Shown: positions 45,152 to 58,049 of the stretch, piece by piece | Numbering within the stretch: position 1 is the stretch's first letter | Layout: every line of letters begins with the position of its first letter | NCBI GenBank assembly: GCA_965218795.1 | Contig: OZ244653.1 | Coordinates: forward strand, 3,424,001-3,488,000 | From: a bacterium | Lineage (GTDB): Bacteria > UBA8248 > JACPRG01 > G963555815 | Reading direction: 5' to 3' | DNA length: 64,000 bases | Notes under the pieces: model-generated | What the model was told of the DNA's origin: nothing | Databases searched by the model: none | The model's input: the letters and a program-made list of their open reading frames with translations, nothing else | Translations under genes and position numbers: made by a program

Positions 45152-46612
45152 TTATTTCCCGATGCAGAAATCGCTGAAGATGCTGTCAAGCAGATCTTCG
45201 GTGAAATCCTTGCCGAGAAGCCCGGCGAGGGCGTTCATGGCCTCGGTGAACTCGATGGCGACAAGCTCGGGCGACACCCCTTTCCGCATCGCTGAGATCC
45301 CGGCTTCCACGGAATCCTGTGCGGCCTTGACGCGCTCCCGATGACGCTCGCGCGTGAGCATGATTTCCCCGCTGACCGAGCCTCCGCGCAAAGCCGTATT
45401 CACCATCGCCTCCTCCAGGACCCCCAGGCCGTCCCCTCGAAGCGAGGACAAGGAAACGACCCGGTCCTTTTCAAAGAAGGGCTTCAGGTCTGCAGGCCCA
45501 ATGGCGGCGGGCAAATCCGACTTGTTCAGAACACCGATGGCCGGCTGTCCTTTCCGTGAGGCGAACTCGCCGAGGATCTTCTCATCCTCTTCCGCCAGAG
45601 CCTCCGAGCCGTCGATGATAATCAGGATCAGCGCAGCCGATTCCACGAGGCGCCGGGCCCGGGCGATCCCCGCCCGCTCTATCGGGTCGTCCGAATCTCT
45701 CAGGCCGGCAGTGTCGATGAAGTGGAACGGGAGCCCCTCAATGACGGCGGTCTCCTCGATCGTGTCCCGTGTCGTTCCCGGGATGGGGCTCGTCAGCGCG
45801 CGGTCTTCCCGAAGAAGCTGGTTGAGCAGGGAGGACTTGCCGACGTTGGGCCTTCCGAGTATCGCAACGGGCGTTCCCTCCCGTATGGCGCGACCCGCGT
45901 GAAAGCTCTCAAGCAAAAGCCGCAGGCGGCCGGCGGCTTCCGCCGTCCGTTCCACCAAGCGTTCGGAAGACTGAATCTCCAGGTGCTCGTCCGGGAAATC
46001 GATGGCGGCTTCGAGTTGGGCCGATACCCCAACGAGCGCCTCCCACACCCCTTCCAGCTCCCTGGAAAGGCGCCCCGAGAGATGCCCCAACGCCGCCCGC
46101 AACGCCGTTTCGGAGCGCGCCGAGATGATGTCCGCAACCGCTTCGGCTTGAACCAGATCCAGCCGCCCATTGAGGAATGCCCGCCGCGTGAACTCTCCCG
46201 GCTCCGCGGGCCGCGCGCCCAGATCCACCAGCACGCGCAGGATCGACCGCAGGGAGAGCGGGCCTCCATGGGCGTGAATTTCGGCCACGTCCTCGCCCGT
46301 GTAAGAGTCGGGACCCGGCATCACGGCCAGAAGACACTCGTCCAGCGGTTCCTCTGTGCAGGGGTTCCTCACCGTGCCGCGTTCAAGCTTCCTGGGAGAA
46401 AACTCGCGAAGGGCCGCCCCCGACGGCGCCCGGAAAATTTCCCGTGCGATACCCAAGGCCTCGGGCCCGCTCAGGCGAATAATCCCGATCGCTCCTTCAC
46501 CCGGGGCGGTGGCGATTGCGGCAATGGTCTGGATGTCCTGACGGGTCGTTGGGTCGTTCGGTTTCAAGCGCAATGGATGGGAAAAGCGGGAAACACCGCC
46601 TTCGGACGGCAT
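45152..46612 (-). CDS. mnmE: tRNA modification GTPase
   Basis: TIAAIATAPG, GRPNVGKSS, GTTRD, DTAG, NKSD, C-terminal FCIGK. Confidence 0.98.
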   Translation of the reverse strand: MPSEGGVSRFSHPLRLKPNDPTTRQDIQTIAAIATAPGEGAIGIIRLSGPEALGIAREIFRAPSGAALREFSPRKLERGTVRNPCTEEPLDECLLAVMPGPDSYTGEDVAEIHAHGGPLSLRSILRVLVDLGARPAEPGEFTRRAFLNGRLDLVQAEAVADIISARSETALRAALGHLSGRLSRELEGVWEALVGVSAQLEAAIDFPDEHLEIQSSERLVERTAEAAGRLRLLLESFHAGRAIREGTPVAILGRPNVGKSSLLNQLLREDRALTSPIPGTTRDTIEETAVIEGLPFHFIDTAGLRDSDDPIERAGIARARRLVESAALILIIIDGSEALAEEDEKILGEFASRKGQPAIGVLNKSDLPAAIGPADLKPFFEKDRVVSLSSLRGDGLGVLEEAMVNTALRGGSVSGEIMLTRERHRERVKAAQDSVEAGISAMRKGVSPELVAIEFTEAMNALAGLLGKDFTEDLLDSIFSDFCIGK

Positions 46613-46620
46613 GAATCCAC

Positions 46621-47247
46621 TCAGTACAGAGGAGAAATAATAACGCGTCGGAAGCCGCCCTCCCCTTCGCTGTGCGTCTCCACCTCCTCGTCGTCCCGCA
46701 ACGCCATATGGACAACGCGGCGGTCACGCGAATTCATCGGGCGGCAGGATACCGGCTCCCCCTGGCGTTTGGCTTTCCCGGCCAACCGGTGGGCCAAAAC
46801 CCGCACTTGTTCGGCCGAGCGCTCCCGGTACCCCTCCGCGTCCAAAAGGATGCGAATGCACTCGTGGGACGGCCGGTTCACAATTCGGTCTACCAGATAC
46901 TCCAGCGCATCGAGTGTCTCCCCCCGTCGACCGATCAGGAAATCCAAGCGCTCCCCTCGAATATTCAGATGGGCGTCGGCGCCGTCGAGCTTCGCATCCA
47001 CCGACGCTTCAAACCCCATTCCGCCGATCAGCCGGCTCAGGGTCTCCCGGGCCGCCCGGAGCCTGCCAAGCGAATCGGCATAATGCAACCTCAGACGAAC
47101 ACCGGACCGCCCAAAGATACCCAACAGCTTCCGGTTGCCCTCAATTTCTTCTACATCCACGTCGCCTTCGCTGAGGCCGAGTTGTTCCAGCCCCTTCGCG
47201 AGAGCTTCCTCGCGCGTTTCCCCTTCGATTTCGATTGAGCCCACCAA
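46621..47247 (-). CDS. jag: Jag/KhpB RNA-binding protein (KH + R3H)
   Basis: LIGRRGETLDALEYL, MNSRDRRVVH, SEGEG..RRVII. Confidence 0.92.
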   Translation of the reverse strand: MVGSIEIEGETREEALAKGLEQLGLSEGDVDVEEIEGNRKLLGIFGRSGVRLRLHYADSLGRLRAARETLSRLIGGMGFEASVDAKLDGADAHLNIRGERLDFLIGRRGETLDALEYLVDRIVNRPSHECIRILLDAEGYRERSAEQVRVLAHRLAGKAKRQGEPVSCRPMNSRDRRVVHMALRDDEEVETHSEGEGGFRRVIISPLY

Positions 47248-47267
47248 AATCTCTCCCGGGGGAAGGC

Positions 47268-49061
47268 CTACGATTTCTTTCCGGCCTTCGAGCGCTTGGA
47301 AGGTTTCCCCTTCATCTTGGGGGCCGCCTTCTTCGCGGAAGGCTTTGGAGCGGGGAGCTCGTTGGTCGCGGCAACTGCAACGACCGCCGCCTTGGGCTTT
47401 CCGACGCCCCGGAGAGTGAAATATTGCTGAATGATACTCAAAACATTATTGGTAAACCAATAAACGACAAGGCCCGCCGGAAACGACCAGAAGAGAAAAG
47501 TGAAAAAGATCGGCATGAACAACATCATTTTTTGCTGGGTCGGGTCCCCCGCCGCGGGCGTCATCTTCTGCTGCAGAAACATGGAAGCGCCCATCAGGAG
47601 AACCAAAACCCTGAAATCGACTCCGGTACCCGGGATGACGAACAGGCCGGTCTCCGGCGCGGAGAGATCATGCATCCAGAGGAACGGCGTTTGGCGGAGA
47701 TCGATCGAACCCAGCAGGGCATTATAAAGGGCGAAAAAAACCGGAATCTGAAGCACCATCGGGAGGCAGCCGCCAAGCGGATTGACCTTGTTCGCCTTGT
47801 ACAGCTTCATGACCTCCTCGTTCATCCGCTGTCGATCTTCTTTGAATATTTCACGGACCTGTTTCATCTTCGGCTGAAGTCTTTGCATGGCCTGCATGGA
47901 TTTCGTGCTTTTCTGTGTCAGCGGATAAAAAAGGATCTTGATCACGAATGTCACGATGATGATCGACAGCCCATAGCTGCCGGTCAGGCCATGGAAAAAA
48001 CGAAGGCCAACAAGCAGGGGTTTGGCGAGGAAGCTGAAAAACCCCAGGTCGATGGCTTCGTTCAGCGAAGAGCCGTATGACTTCAGGAGTCTCACGTCCT
48101 TGGGTCCTGCGAAAAGCGACAGCCTGCCCTCCCCGCTGGCCCCGCCCCGGTACCTCAGTCCGACCAGAACCCCCCCATCGTCGCGAACAACGGCGCCGTC
48201 AAATGCGCTCCGGGGAATCAATGCGGCCATGAAGTATTTACTATGCAGCGAGGTCCACCGAATATCTCCCTGCTGGACCACCGTCTTCCCTTCTTCCAAC
48301 TCGTCCTCGTCGGCGAACATCAACTTACCGCTGCGGTACGTCACCGGCCCCGTCGTGGCATAGTAGTCGTCCTCCCGGCCCTCCGTTGTAATGCCGGGCC
48401 CCCAGACAATCGATACGTCTCCGCTGTCGGGCCCCCCCCGCCACCGAAGGTCCACATCGAAGACATACGAGCCGTGCTCGAAGCGAAGGCTCTTGCTGAT
48501 CGCAACTCCCGAAGGGGACCGGTAGGTGAGCTCGAGGGTTCCCTCGGGATTTTCGGGCGTCAGTGTCAGGCTTTCCCGGTTTGCGGTATATACTCCGCTG
48601 TTTGCCTGATTGCCCAGGGCGCCTCCGTCCAGATACAGGGGGCGCCACTTCACTTCTTGCTCCGGGCGGCCCTTCGCGTTTTCATCCTTGCCCGCTTTTC
48701 CGGTTGAAACCAGGTTTAACGGCTTTCCCTTGGAATCTCGATATTTCAAAAACGTCACTTCCTTGAGCCCGGCCCCCAAAGTCGTGATCGTGATACGGGT
48801 CACGCCGGTGTCCACGGTGATGTCTTTCGCAACCGTGGATTTCGGCGTCTCCTGAGCTCGGAGCGACTTCGGGACGATAGGCGGCGTTTCGGATTTCTCC
48901 GTGTCTTCGGATTCCCTCAACCTGGCCTGTTCCGCAGCCAATTTGCGGGCTTTCTCCTGCAAGGCCCGGCGGGCTTCCATGCGGGGATTAATAAAGAAGA
49001 TTTGATAGCCCAGCAGAACCGCCATGGACAAGACGGCTGCAATAATCGCGCGTTTATCCAT
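47268..49061 (-). CDS. yidC: Membrane protein insertase YidC
   Basis: MDKRAII, KYFMAAL, NPLGGCLPMVLQIPVFFALY, GLVVYW..NN; Lys-rich tail. Confidence 0.97.
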   Translation of the reverse strand: MDKRAIIAAVLSMAVLLGYQIFFINPRMEARRALQEKARKLAAEQARLRESEDTEKSETPPIVPKSLRAQETPKSTVAKDITVDTGVTRITITTLGAGLKEVTFLKYRDSKGKPLNLVSTGKAGKDENAKGRPEQEVKWRPLYLDGGALGNQANSGVYTANRESLTLTPENPEGTLELTYRSPSGVAISKSLRFEHGSYVFDVDLRWRGGPDSGDVSIVWGPGITTEGREDDYYATTGPVTYRSGKLMFADEDELEEGKTVVQQGDIRWTSLHSKYFMAALIPRSAFDGAVVRDDGGVLVGLRYRGGASGEGRLSLFAGPKDVRLLKSYGSSLNEAIDLGFFSFLAKPLLVGLRFFHGLTGSYGLSIIIVTFVIKILFYPLTQKSTKSMQAMQRLQPKMKQVREIFKEDRQRMNEEVMKLYKANKVNPLGGCLPMVLQIPVFFALYNALLGSIDLRQTPFLWMHDLSAPETGLFVIPGTGVDFRVLVLLMGASMFLQQKMTPAAGDPTQQKMMLFMPIFFTFLFWSFPAGLVVYWFTNNVLSIIQQYFTLRGVGKPKAAVVAVAATNELPAPKPSAKKAAPKMKGKPSKRSKAGKKS

Positions 49062-49069
49062 CGGTTGCT

Positions 49070-49306
49070 CTAAGGCCGGCCTTCAGGTCGCGGAAGAGGG
49101 TCATATCCACCGGGATGGAAGGGATGACAACGCAGAAATCGTCTGGCGATCAAATAGATGGCCTTCGGAGCGTCGTACTCACGGATTGCCTGCATCGCGT
49201 ACTCGGAGCAGGTCGGGTGGAACCTACACGCTCGAGGAAGAATAGGGGAGAGCAGAAGCTGGTAGAGCCGAATCGGCGCCGCCAGCAGAATTTTTGTCGG
49301 CTTCAT
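49070..49306 (-). CDS. yidD: Membrane protein insertion efficiency factor
   Basis: YQLLLSP, CRFHPTCSEY, RCHPFHPGGYDP. Confidence 0.95.
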   Translation of the reverse strand: MKPTKILLAAPIRLYQLLLSPILPRACRFHPTCSEYAMQAIREYDAPKAIYLIARRFLRCHPFHPGGYDPLPRPEGRP

Positions 49307-49706
49307 ATCGATCTTCGTTCAGGGCCTGGTCGCTTTTACCCGCGGCAGACGGCTGTCCCGCAACCGCAACGGCGATGGAGCGCTCCAACGCATTCCGCAA
49401 TTCAGCGTAAGAAACATTCCGTGCGCCCGGTTTGGCAATGATCACCATATCCAGACCCACAGCCAAATCCTTCACATGCACCCAGATGGAGCGTAAGCGG
49501 CGCTTCAGCCGATTCCTCGTGACCGCGTTCCCCAGCCGCCTCGATACAGATAAGCCAAGCAGGCTTTCAAGCGACCCGGTCGGGCCCGCTTCCCGGGGCG
49601 TATCGGCATACAGTCTATAAAAGCTTGTGCGATCAGCCGGGGCTTGCGAACATATCCGCCGAAAGTCGCTTTGCTTCAAGCGGGTTCTTGCCCATCGAGG
49701 CTTCAT
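49224..49706 (-). CDS. rnpA: RNase P protein component
   Basis: RL..SDFRRI, GLSVSRRLGNAVTRNRLKRRLR (RNR motif). Start uncertain because the frame stays open upstream through rpmH. Confidence 0.85.
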   Translation of the reverse strand: MKPRWARTRLKQSDFRRICSQAPADRTSFYRLYADTPREAGPTGSLESLLGLSVSRRLGNAVTRNRLKRRLRSIWVHVKDLAVGLDMVIIAKPGARNVSYAELRNALERSIAVAVAGQPSAAGKSDQALNEDRYEADKNSAGGADSALPASALPYSSSSV

Positions 49707-49735
49707 TGCTGCTCTCAAACGGTCCGCCGGCAGAC

Positions 49736-49870
49736 TCAAACAGCCAAGCGCTTTCGGCCTTTTTTGCGGCGCCTGCTGAGAACCTTTCGGCCGGACCGTG
49801 ACGACATCCTTGCAAAGAAGCCGTGTGTCCGGGCGCGCTTGATTCTCGAGGGTTGGTACGTCCGTTTCAC
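49736..49870 (-). CDS. rpmH: 50S ribosomal protein L34 (not in ORF track)
   Basis: GTG start; translates [44 protein letters not shown]. Confidence 0.97.
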   Translation of the reverse strand: MKRTYQPSRIKRARTHGFFARMSSRSGRKVLSRRRKKGRKRLAV

Positions 49871-49957
49871 AGGAGAAACCCTTCTCTGACGGGAGCCTGC
49901 CTTCGCCCTTAGCCCTTGGGGAAATTACGGGGAAGAAACATGCCAAGAACGCGGTTC

Positions 49958-49986
49958 AGTTTAGGTTCAAGAGCCAAGGGTGTCAA
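49958..49986 (-). promoter_or_regulatory. Sigma70 promoter for the rpmH operon
   Basis: TTGACA-17 bp-TAAACT on the minus strand. Confidence 0.75.
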
Positions 49987-50003
49987 GTGCACAGCTTTTT
50001 CTG

Positions 50004-50032
50004 TTGAAAACCGCCCATCATTCTGGTATGAT
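50004..50032 (+). promoter_or_regulatory. Sigma70 promoter for dnaA
   Basis: TTGAAA-17 bp-TATGAT with TG extension; DnaA-box-like TAATCCACA at 50064-50072. Confidence 0.65.
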
Positions 50033-50216
50033 CAACCGAGAAAAATGAGGGGTTCCGAATTCATAATCCACAATACCAAAACATTAACTTTCAATGAGTT
50101 GTATATCATTTTCGCGAAATGAGTTCAGATTGCGGAAATTTCCGCATGCAAGGTCTCGGCGTGGAATTCCCAACACATGTTGAAAAACTTCATACATATT
50201 TAATCTCAAGGGGTTC

Positions 50217-51578
50217 ATGATGAATCAATCGAACGTTATCAACATGGATTTGGTCGAGATTTGGCAAACCGGCCTTGAGCATGCCCGAAAATTCATTACC
50301 GAGCAAGCGTTTGAGGTCTGGTTGAAACCGATCAAGCCGGTAGCCCTTGACGGTTCCACGCTCAGCCTCCTTGTTCCAAACCGATTCTTCCGCGACCAGT
50401 TCGAAGGTCGATTCCGGCCGGTGCTCAGCAGGGCCCTGCGGGAGGCTGCCGGTCAGGAAATCCATTTACGTCTGATCATCAGCGAGACCGGAGAGGAAAA
50501 TGCGCCAACGTCACCGCCCCAAAGGCGTAAAGAAAAACCGGCAACTCGAAGGAGCTCGTTCGGAATTCTCAATTCCAAGTACACGTTCGATAGCTTCATC
50601 GTGGGGAGCTCAAACCAATTTGCGCACGCTGCGGCGCGTGCCGTGGCCGAAAGCCCGGCGACTGCCTACAACCCGCTGTTCATTTATGGCGGGGTCGGCC
50701 TCGGCAAAACCCACCTCATGCACGCGATCGGACAGCAGATCATCGAGAAAAACCCAAACGTCCAGCTTCACTACACATCCTCGGAAGATTTCACCATCGG
50801 CCTGATCAATTCCATTCGCCGTGACCGGATGGCGGCTTTCCGCGAGAAATATCGCAAGATGGACGTCCTCCTTGTCGATGATATCCAATTCATCGCCGGC
50901 AAGGACCGCACGCAGGAAGAATTCTTCCACACATTCAACGCCCTTTACGAATCCTTCAAACAGATTATCATTTCAAGCGACAAGTTCCCCAAGGAGATGA
51001 TCGAGCTGGAGGAGCGTCTTCGATCTCGATTCGAGTGGGGGCTCGTCGCGGACATTCAGCCGCCCGATCTTGAGACCAAGGTCGCTATCCTGAACAGGAA
51101 AGCGGAAGAAAACGGTGTCAACCTCCCCCAGGACGTCGCCATGCTCATTGGCCGAAAAATCCGCACCAACGTCCGCGAATTGGAAGGCTGCCTGATCCGC
51201 TTGTCCGCGTTCGGTTCACTGACCAAGCAATCCATCTCGATGGACATGGCGGAGGAAATTCTCCAGCAGATGTTTTACGACGATCAACAATCCATCTCCA
51301 TTGACAACATCCAAAAAGCTGTGGCGGCGCACTTCAGCATCAAGGTTTCCGATCTGAAGTCCAAACGGCGCCACCGCAACATCGCGGAACCGAGACAAAT
51401 CGCGATGTATCTCGCGCGGGACCTGACGGGGGCGTCGCTCTCCGAGATTGGCGGTCGATTCGGCGGAAAGGATCACAGCACGGTCATTCATTCCTGCAAC
51501 AAGATTGCGAAACTCAAGGACAAAGAGACCCGCATCCTCTCCGCAATCAATCAAATACGCAGAGCGCTGAATGTGTAA
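50217..51578 (+). CDS. dnaA: Chromosomal replication initiator DnaA
   Basis: YNPLFIYGGVGLGKTHL, DDIQF, QEEFFHTFN, GGKDHSTVIH. Confidence 0.99.
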   Translation: MMNQSNVINMDLVEIWQTGLEHARKFITEQAFEVWLKPIKPVALDGSTLSLLVPNRFFRDQFEGRFRPVLSRALREAAGQEIHLRLIISETGEENAPTSPPQRRKEKPATRRSSFGILNSKYTFDSFIVGSSNQFAHAAARAVAESPATAYNPLFIYGGVGLGKTHLMHAIGQQIIEKNPNVQLHYTSSEDFTIGLINSIRRDRMAAFREKYRKMDVLLVDDIQFIAGKDRTQEEFFHTFNALYESFKQIIISSDKFPKEMIELEERLRSRFEWGLVADIQPPDLETKVAILNRKAEENGVNLPQDVAMLIGRKIRTNVRELEGCLIRLSAFGSLTKQSISMDMAEEILQQMFYDDQQSISIDNIQKAVAAHFSIKVSDLKSKRRHRNIAEPRQIAMYLARDLTGASLSEIGGRFGGKDHSTVIHSCNKIAKLKDKETRILSAINQIRRALNV

Positions 51579-51760
51579 GACAACTGTTGATTCATCGAGG
51601 GGGAAATGTGTAAAAGTCCGCGCCCGCTGCGCGTCTGTGGATTTATTGAACTCTCTCAACAGGTTCCCGTGCCTTTAAACCCTTCAAAACCAAGGAACTC
51701 CTCCCGGTTTCCACAAATCCACAGCTCCTTCTGCTATTACTTCTTTTTTTATTACTTTAC
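51579..51760. other. oriC: DnaA boxes, DnaA-trio run and AT-rich unwinding element
   Basis: Box-like TGTGTAAAA (51607), TGTGGATTT (51636), tandem GTTTCCACA/AAATCCACA (51707-51723), then GCTCC, CTGCTATTACTTCT and a T-rich tract, as in the B. subtilis-type basal unwinding system. Confidence 0.85.
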
Positions 51761-51784
51761 TTGATGACAAGAACACCGCGCGTT

Positions 51785-52918
51785 ATGCACTTGAAAAAGC
51801 TTTACGCCGAGAATTTCCGGAACCTGCAAATAAACGAGATTGAATTTTCAGAAGGGGCCAATCTGATTATCGGAATGAACGGACAGGGGAAATCCAATCT
51901 CTTGGAAGCTGTTTACTTTTTGGGAAACCTGAAATCCTTTCGGGATGCAAGGAGAGCGAACCTGACCCGGTGGGGATCCGACAGATTTGGTTTGCGGGGC
52001 GAATTCGTTTCCCAGACAACCGGCAGAGGGTTCTCATTGGGGGTGATCTGTGAGCGGGGGAGAGCGCAATACAATATCAATGAAAATACAGCGGAATCCG
52101 TCGAAGATTTTCTATCACAAGTTCGGGTCATGGCGTTTCATCCGGATAGTCTCTCCGTGCTCAAGGGAGGTCCGGGCCGCCGACGGATGTTTATCGATCG
52201 GGGAATTTTCAGTCAAAGGCGGGAACACCTGCGGACCTTGAAGGAATATAACCGGGTTTTAGCTGAGCGGCGTTGGATTCTCAAGAACCGCAAGAAGTCA
52301 ATCCTTGGCGTCTGGACCGAAAAACTGATTGAATTGGGCGTCAAGACGGCAATGATGAGGCGGGATTACTGTCATCGGCTCAACGAGACGGTACTTGAAA
52401 TGGAGCGGTCGCCTGGAGAGGAGGAACCGCCACAGATTGAATATCTGTCATCGATTCCCGGGCTGGATGATGGCGGTCCGGGCTCGACGGAGGAAACCCA
52501 CAGGCAGGCTTTTTCAAGAAGACTGGAAGAGGCCGTCGAGGAGGAGCAAAGGCGCGGGCAGACGCTCACCGGACCCCACCGGGATGATTTCCTTATTTCG
52601 GCCGGCGGAAGAGATCTCTCGAAATTTGGCTCTCAAGGACAGCAGAAAGCGGCGCTTCTCTCGATGATCCTGGCCCAGTCCGATCTGGCCGGCCAGGGCG
52701 AAGCGGGCATGCCGATACTTCTCTTCGATGACGTTGCATCCGAGTTGGATGCGTCGAGGGTCGAGTGGGTTTGTCACATCCTGGCAAGCCGCGGCAATCA
52801 GGTGTTCGTGAGTGCACTGGAGACCGTTCCGATCCGGACGATGAGCGGTCTTGTGCGGACGCTGCTCGTCCGCCGGGGAGAGACGAAAGTAATTGAAGCG
52901 GCCGCCTCATCGGCCTAA
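51785..52918 (+). CDS. recF: DNA replication/repair protein RecF
   Basis: NFRN, GMNGQGKSNLLEA, GPHRDD, GSQGQQK, LLFDDVASELD. Confidence 0.95.
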   Translation: MHLKKLYAENFRNLQINEIEFSEGANLIIGMNGQGKSNLLEAVYFLGNLKSFRDARRANLTRWGSDRFGLRGEFVSQTTGRGFSLGVICERGRAQYNINENTAESVEDFLSQVRVMAFHPDSLSVLKGGPGRRRMFIDRGIFSQRREHLRTLKEYNRVLAERRWILKNRKKSILGVWTEKLIELGVKTAMMRRDYCHRLNETVLEMERSPGEEEPPQIEYLSSIPGLDDGGPGSTEETHRQAFSRRLEEAVEEEQRRGQTLTGPHRDDFLISAGGRDLSKFGSQGQQKAALLSMILAQSDLAGQGEAGMPILLFDDVASELDASRVEWVCHILASRGNQVFVSALETVPIRTMSGLVRTLLVRRGETKVIEAAASSA

Positions 52919-52922
52919 ATAG

Positions 52923-55415
<2,493 letters not shown>

Positions 55416-55502
55416 CGGACTCCCGCCGCCGTACCGCACCGGTGACGGCGTGAACCATCCCCGGTTCGCCGCCCCGTGAAACCCGAATCATGAGGAGAAG
55501 AG

Positions 55503-58028
55503 ATGGCGGAGATTCAGGAGACCCGGATTCCCGTTGCGATCGAAGAGGAGATGAAGTCCTCTTTTATGGACTACGCGATGAGCGTCATCGTCGCGCGGGC
55601 CCTGCCGGATGTTCGCGATGGCCTGAAACCGGTCCATCGGCGAATCCTCGTCACATTGAATGATCTCAACCTCCGCCCCGGGCGGCCTTACCGGAAGTGC
55701 GCCAAAATCGCCGGCGATGTCAGCGGAAACTATCACCCCCACGGCGAGGCCATCGTCTACCCGTCGCTGGTCCGCATGGCTCAGGATTTCTCACTCAGGT
55801 ACCCGCTTGTCGAGGGCCAGGGCAACTTCGGGTCCGTGGACGGGGATCCCCCGGCCGCCATGCGTTACACCGAGTCGCGGATGACGGCTCTCACCGAAGA
55901 GATGCTCCGCGATATTGACAGCGATACGGTCGATTTCGCGCCCAACTACGATGAGACCCTCCGGGAGCCGACGGTTCTTCCGTCGGCCATTCCCAATCTG
56001 GTCATCAACGGCTCGGATGGGATCGCGGTCGGCATGGCCACGAAGATCCCGCCGCACAACCTTGGCGAGATCGTCGACGGGCTTGCGGCGATGCTGGACG
56101 AACCCGACATTCCGGAGGAAAAGCTGCTCGAGCTGATTCCCGGACCCGATTTCCCGACCGGCGGGATCATCAACGGGCGGAAGGGGATCCGGGATGCCTA
56201 TCTGACCGGCCGGGGCCTGATTCAGGTCCGGGCGGAAGCGCGCGTCGAGATCACCAAGCGCATGGGCCGCGAGATCGAATCCATCGTTGTCACGGAGATT
56301 CCCTATCAGGTCAACAAGGCCAAACTCATCGAGAAAATCGCCCAGCTTGTCCGCGACAAGCAGATTGAGGGCATCGCCGATCTGCGGGATGAGTCCGACC
56401 GGGACGGCATGCGAATCGTCATCGAGCTCCGGCAGGGCAGAGTTTCGGACTACATCCTGAACCAGCTGTATAAGCAGACGCCCATGCAGGGGACCTTCGG
56501 GGTCATCATGCTGGCCCTGGTCAGCAACCAGCCGCGGATTCTCCCCCTGAAGTCGATGCTGGAGTTCTTTATCCAGCACCGTCGCGAGGTCGTTGTCCGG
56601 CGGACCCGCTATGACTTGGGGAAGGCCCGCGAGCGCGCCCATATTCTCGAAGGCCTGCTGATCGCGCTGAAGAACATCGATGCGGTCATCAAGCTGATCC
56701 GCGCATCCAAAACGCCCGAGGACGCCCGTAACGGCCTGATGGCCAAATTGAAGGTGACCCATACCCAGGCCCAGGCCATCTTGGATATGCGGCTTCAGCG
56801 CCTCGTTGCGCTGGAGCGGGAGAAAATTCAGGACGAGCACAAGGAACTGCAGAAGAGGATCGCCTACCTGGAGTCCGTCCTTGCGGATGAGAAGCTCGTG
56901 ATCGGGATCATCAGAGACGAGCTGCTGGAGATCAGAAAGAAGTACGCGGATGAGCGGCGGACCCGGATCATCGACGCCACCAGCGAGATCACGCTGGAAG
57001 ACATGCTGATCGAAGAGGACATGGTGGTCACCGTCAGCCAGGACGGCTATATCAAACGGACTGCGGTGTCCCTGTATCGGAGCCAGCGGCGCGGCGGAAT
57101 GGGCGTAAACGGCATGCAGACCCGCCCGGAAGATGCCGTCGAGTCGATCTTCGTGGCGTCCACTCATGATTACATGCTCTTTTTCACATCCCGCGGACGC
57201 CTCCATTGGCTGAAGGTTCACCAACTCCCGCCCGCCGGACGAGACGGCCGCGGCAAGGCCCTCGTCAATCTTCTCCAGCTGAAGGATGGTGAAACCGTTT
57301 CGGGAGCCTTGTCCGTCCGGGAATTCTTGGACGGCAAGTTTGTCCTGATGGTGACCCGCAAGGGGGTAGTGAAGAAAACGGCGCTGCCGCTGTTCGGCAA
57401 CCCGAGGGTCGGAGGGATCATTGCGATCAATCTGGACGATGGCGATGAGCTGGTGCGGGCGCGGATCACCGACGGCTCCCGCCAGATCTTCATCGCCACG
57501 CGGCAAGGCAAGGCCATACGGTTTGAAGAAAGCCAAGTGCGCGCGATGGGCCGAAACGCGGCCGGCGTCAGGGGGATCACCCTGGCCCAGGGCGACGACG
57601 TTGTCGGCGCGGAGGTCGTGACGCCGGAGAGCGTCATCCTCTCCGTCACGGAAAAAGGGTACGGCAAGCGGACCGCCCTGAAGGATTACCGTCTGACGGC
57701 AAGAGGCGGAAAGGGCGTAATCAATCTGAAGATCACCGAGAAGAACGGACCCGTGGTCGCGATCCGGCAGGTGTACGATACCGACGGATACCTGCTGATC
57801 ACGAGCGGAGGCAAAATCATTCGCGGGCGCGTCGAGAAGGTCTCCGTCATCGGCCGCGCCACGCAGGGTGTCCGCCTGATCAACCTGGCGGATGAGGACG
57901 TGCTGGTCTCCATCGCCCGGATCGAGGAAAGGGACGCCCTCGAAGGAGCGGATCTCACGAATGGGGCGGGATCCAACGGCTCCGGCCAACCCGAACCTTC
58001 GGATGGAGCGGACGGAGCCTCCGGATAA
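55503..58028 (+). CDS. gyrA: DNA gyrase subunit A
   Basis: [23 protein letters not shown], GyrA-box QRRGGMG, C-terminal pinwheel repeats. Confidence 0.99.
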   Translation: MAEIQETRIPVAIEEEMKSSFMDYAMSVIVARALPDVRDGLKPVHRRILVTLNDLNLRPGRPYRKCAKIAGDVSGNYHPHGEAIVYPSLVRMAQDFSLRYPLVEGQGNFGSVDGDPPAAMRYTESRMTALTEEMLRDIDSDTVDFAPNYDETLREPTVLPSAIPNLVINGSDGIAVGMATKIPPHNLGEIVDGLAAMLDEPDIPEEKLLELIPGPDFPTGGIINGRKGIRDAYLTGRGLIQVRAEARVEITKRMGREIESIVVTEIPYQVNKAKLIEKIAQLVRDKQIEGIADLRDESDRDGMRIVIELRQGRVSDYILNQLYKQTPMQGTFGVIMLALVSNQPRILPLKSMLEFFIQHRREVVVRRTRYDLGKARERAHILEGLLIALKNIDAVIKLIRASKTPEDARNGLMAKLKVTHTQAQAILDMRLQRLVALEREKIQDEHKELQKRIAYLESVLADEKLVIGIIRDELLEIRKKYADERRTRIIDATSEITLEDMLIEEDMVVTVSQDGYIKRTAVSLYRSQRRGGMGVNGMQTRPEDAVESIFVASTHDYMLFFTSRGRLHWLKVHQLPPAGRDGRGKALVNLLQLKDGETVSGALSVREFLDGKFVLMVTRKGVVKKTALPLFGNPRVGGIIAINLDDGDELVRARITDGSRQIFIATRQGKAIRFEESQVRAMGRNAAGVRGITLAQGDDVVGAEVVTPESVILSVTEKGYGKRTALKDYRLTARGGKGVINLKITEKNGPVVAIRQVYDTDGYLLITSGGKIIRGRVEKVSVIGRATQGVRLINLADEDVLVSIARIEERDALEGADLTNGAGSNGSGQPEPSDGADGASG

Positions 58029-58049
58029 AATCCGGAAGACCCGAGTGAA

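Noticed and set aside
55791-57989. 732-aa minus-strand ORF and similar long antisense ORFs (e.g. 13064-14578, 54279-55439)
   Set aside because: Antisense shadows of conserved genes caused by high GC3 codon bias; no recognisable domains.
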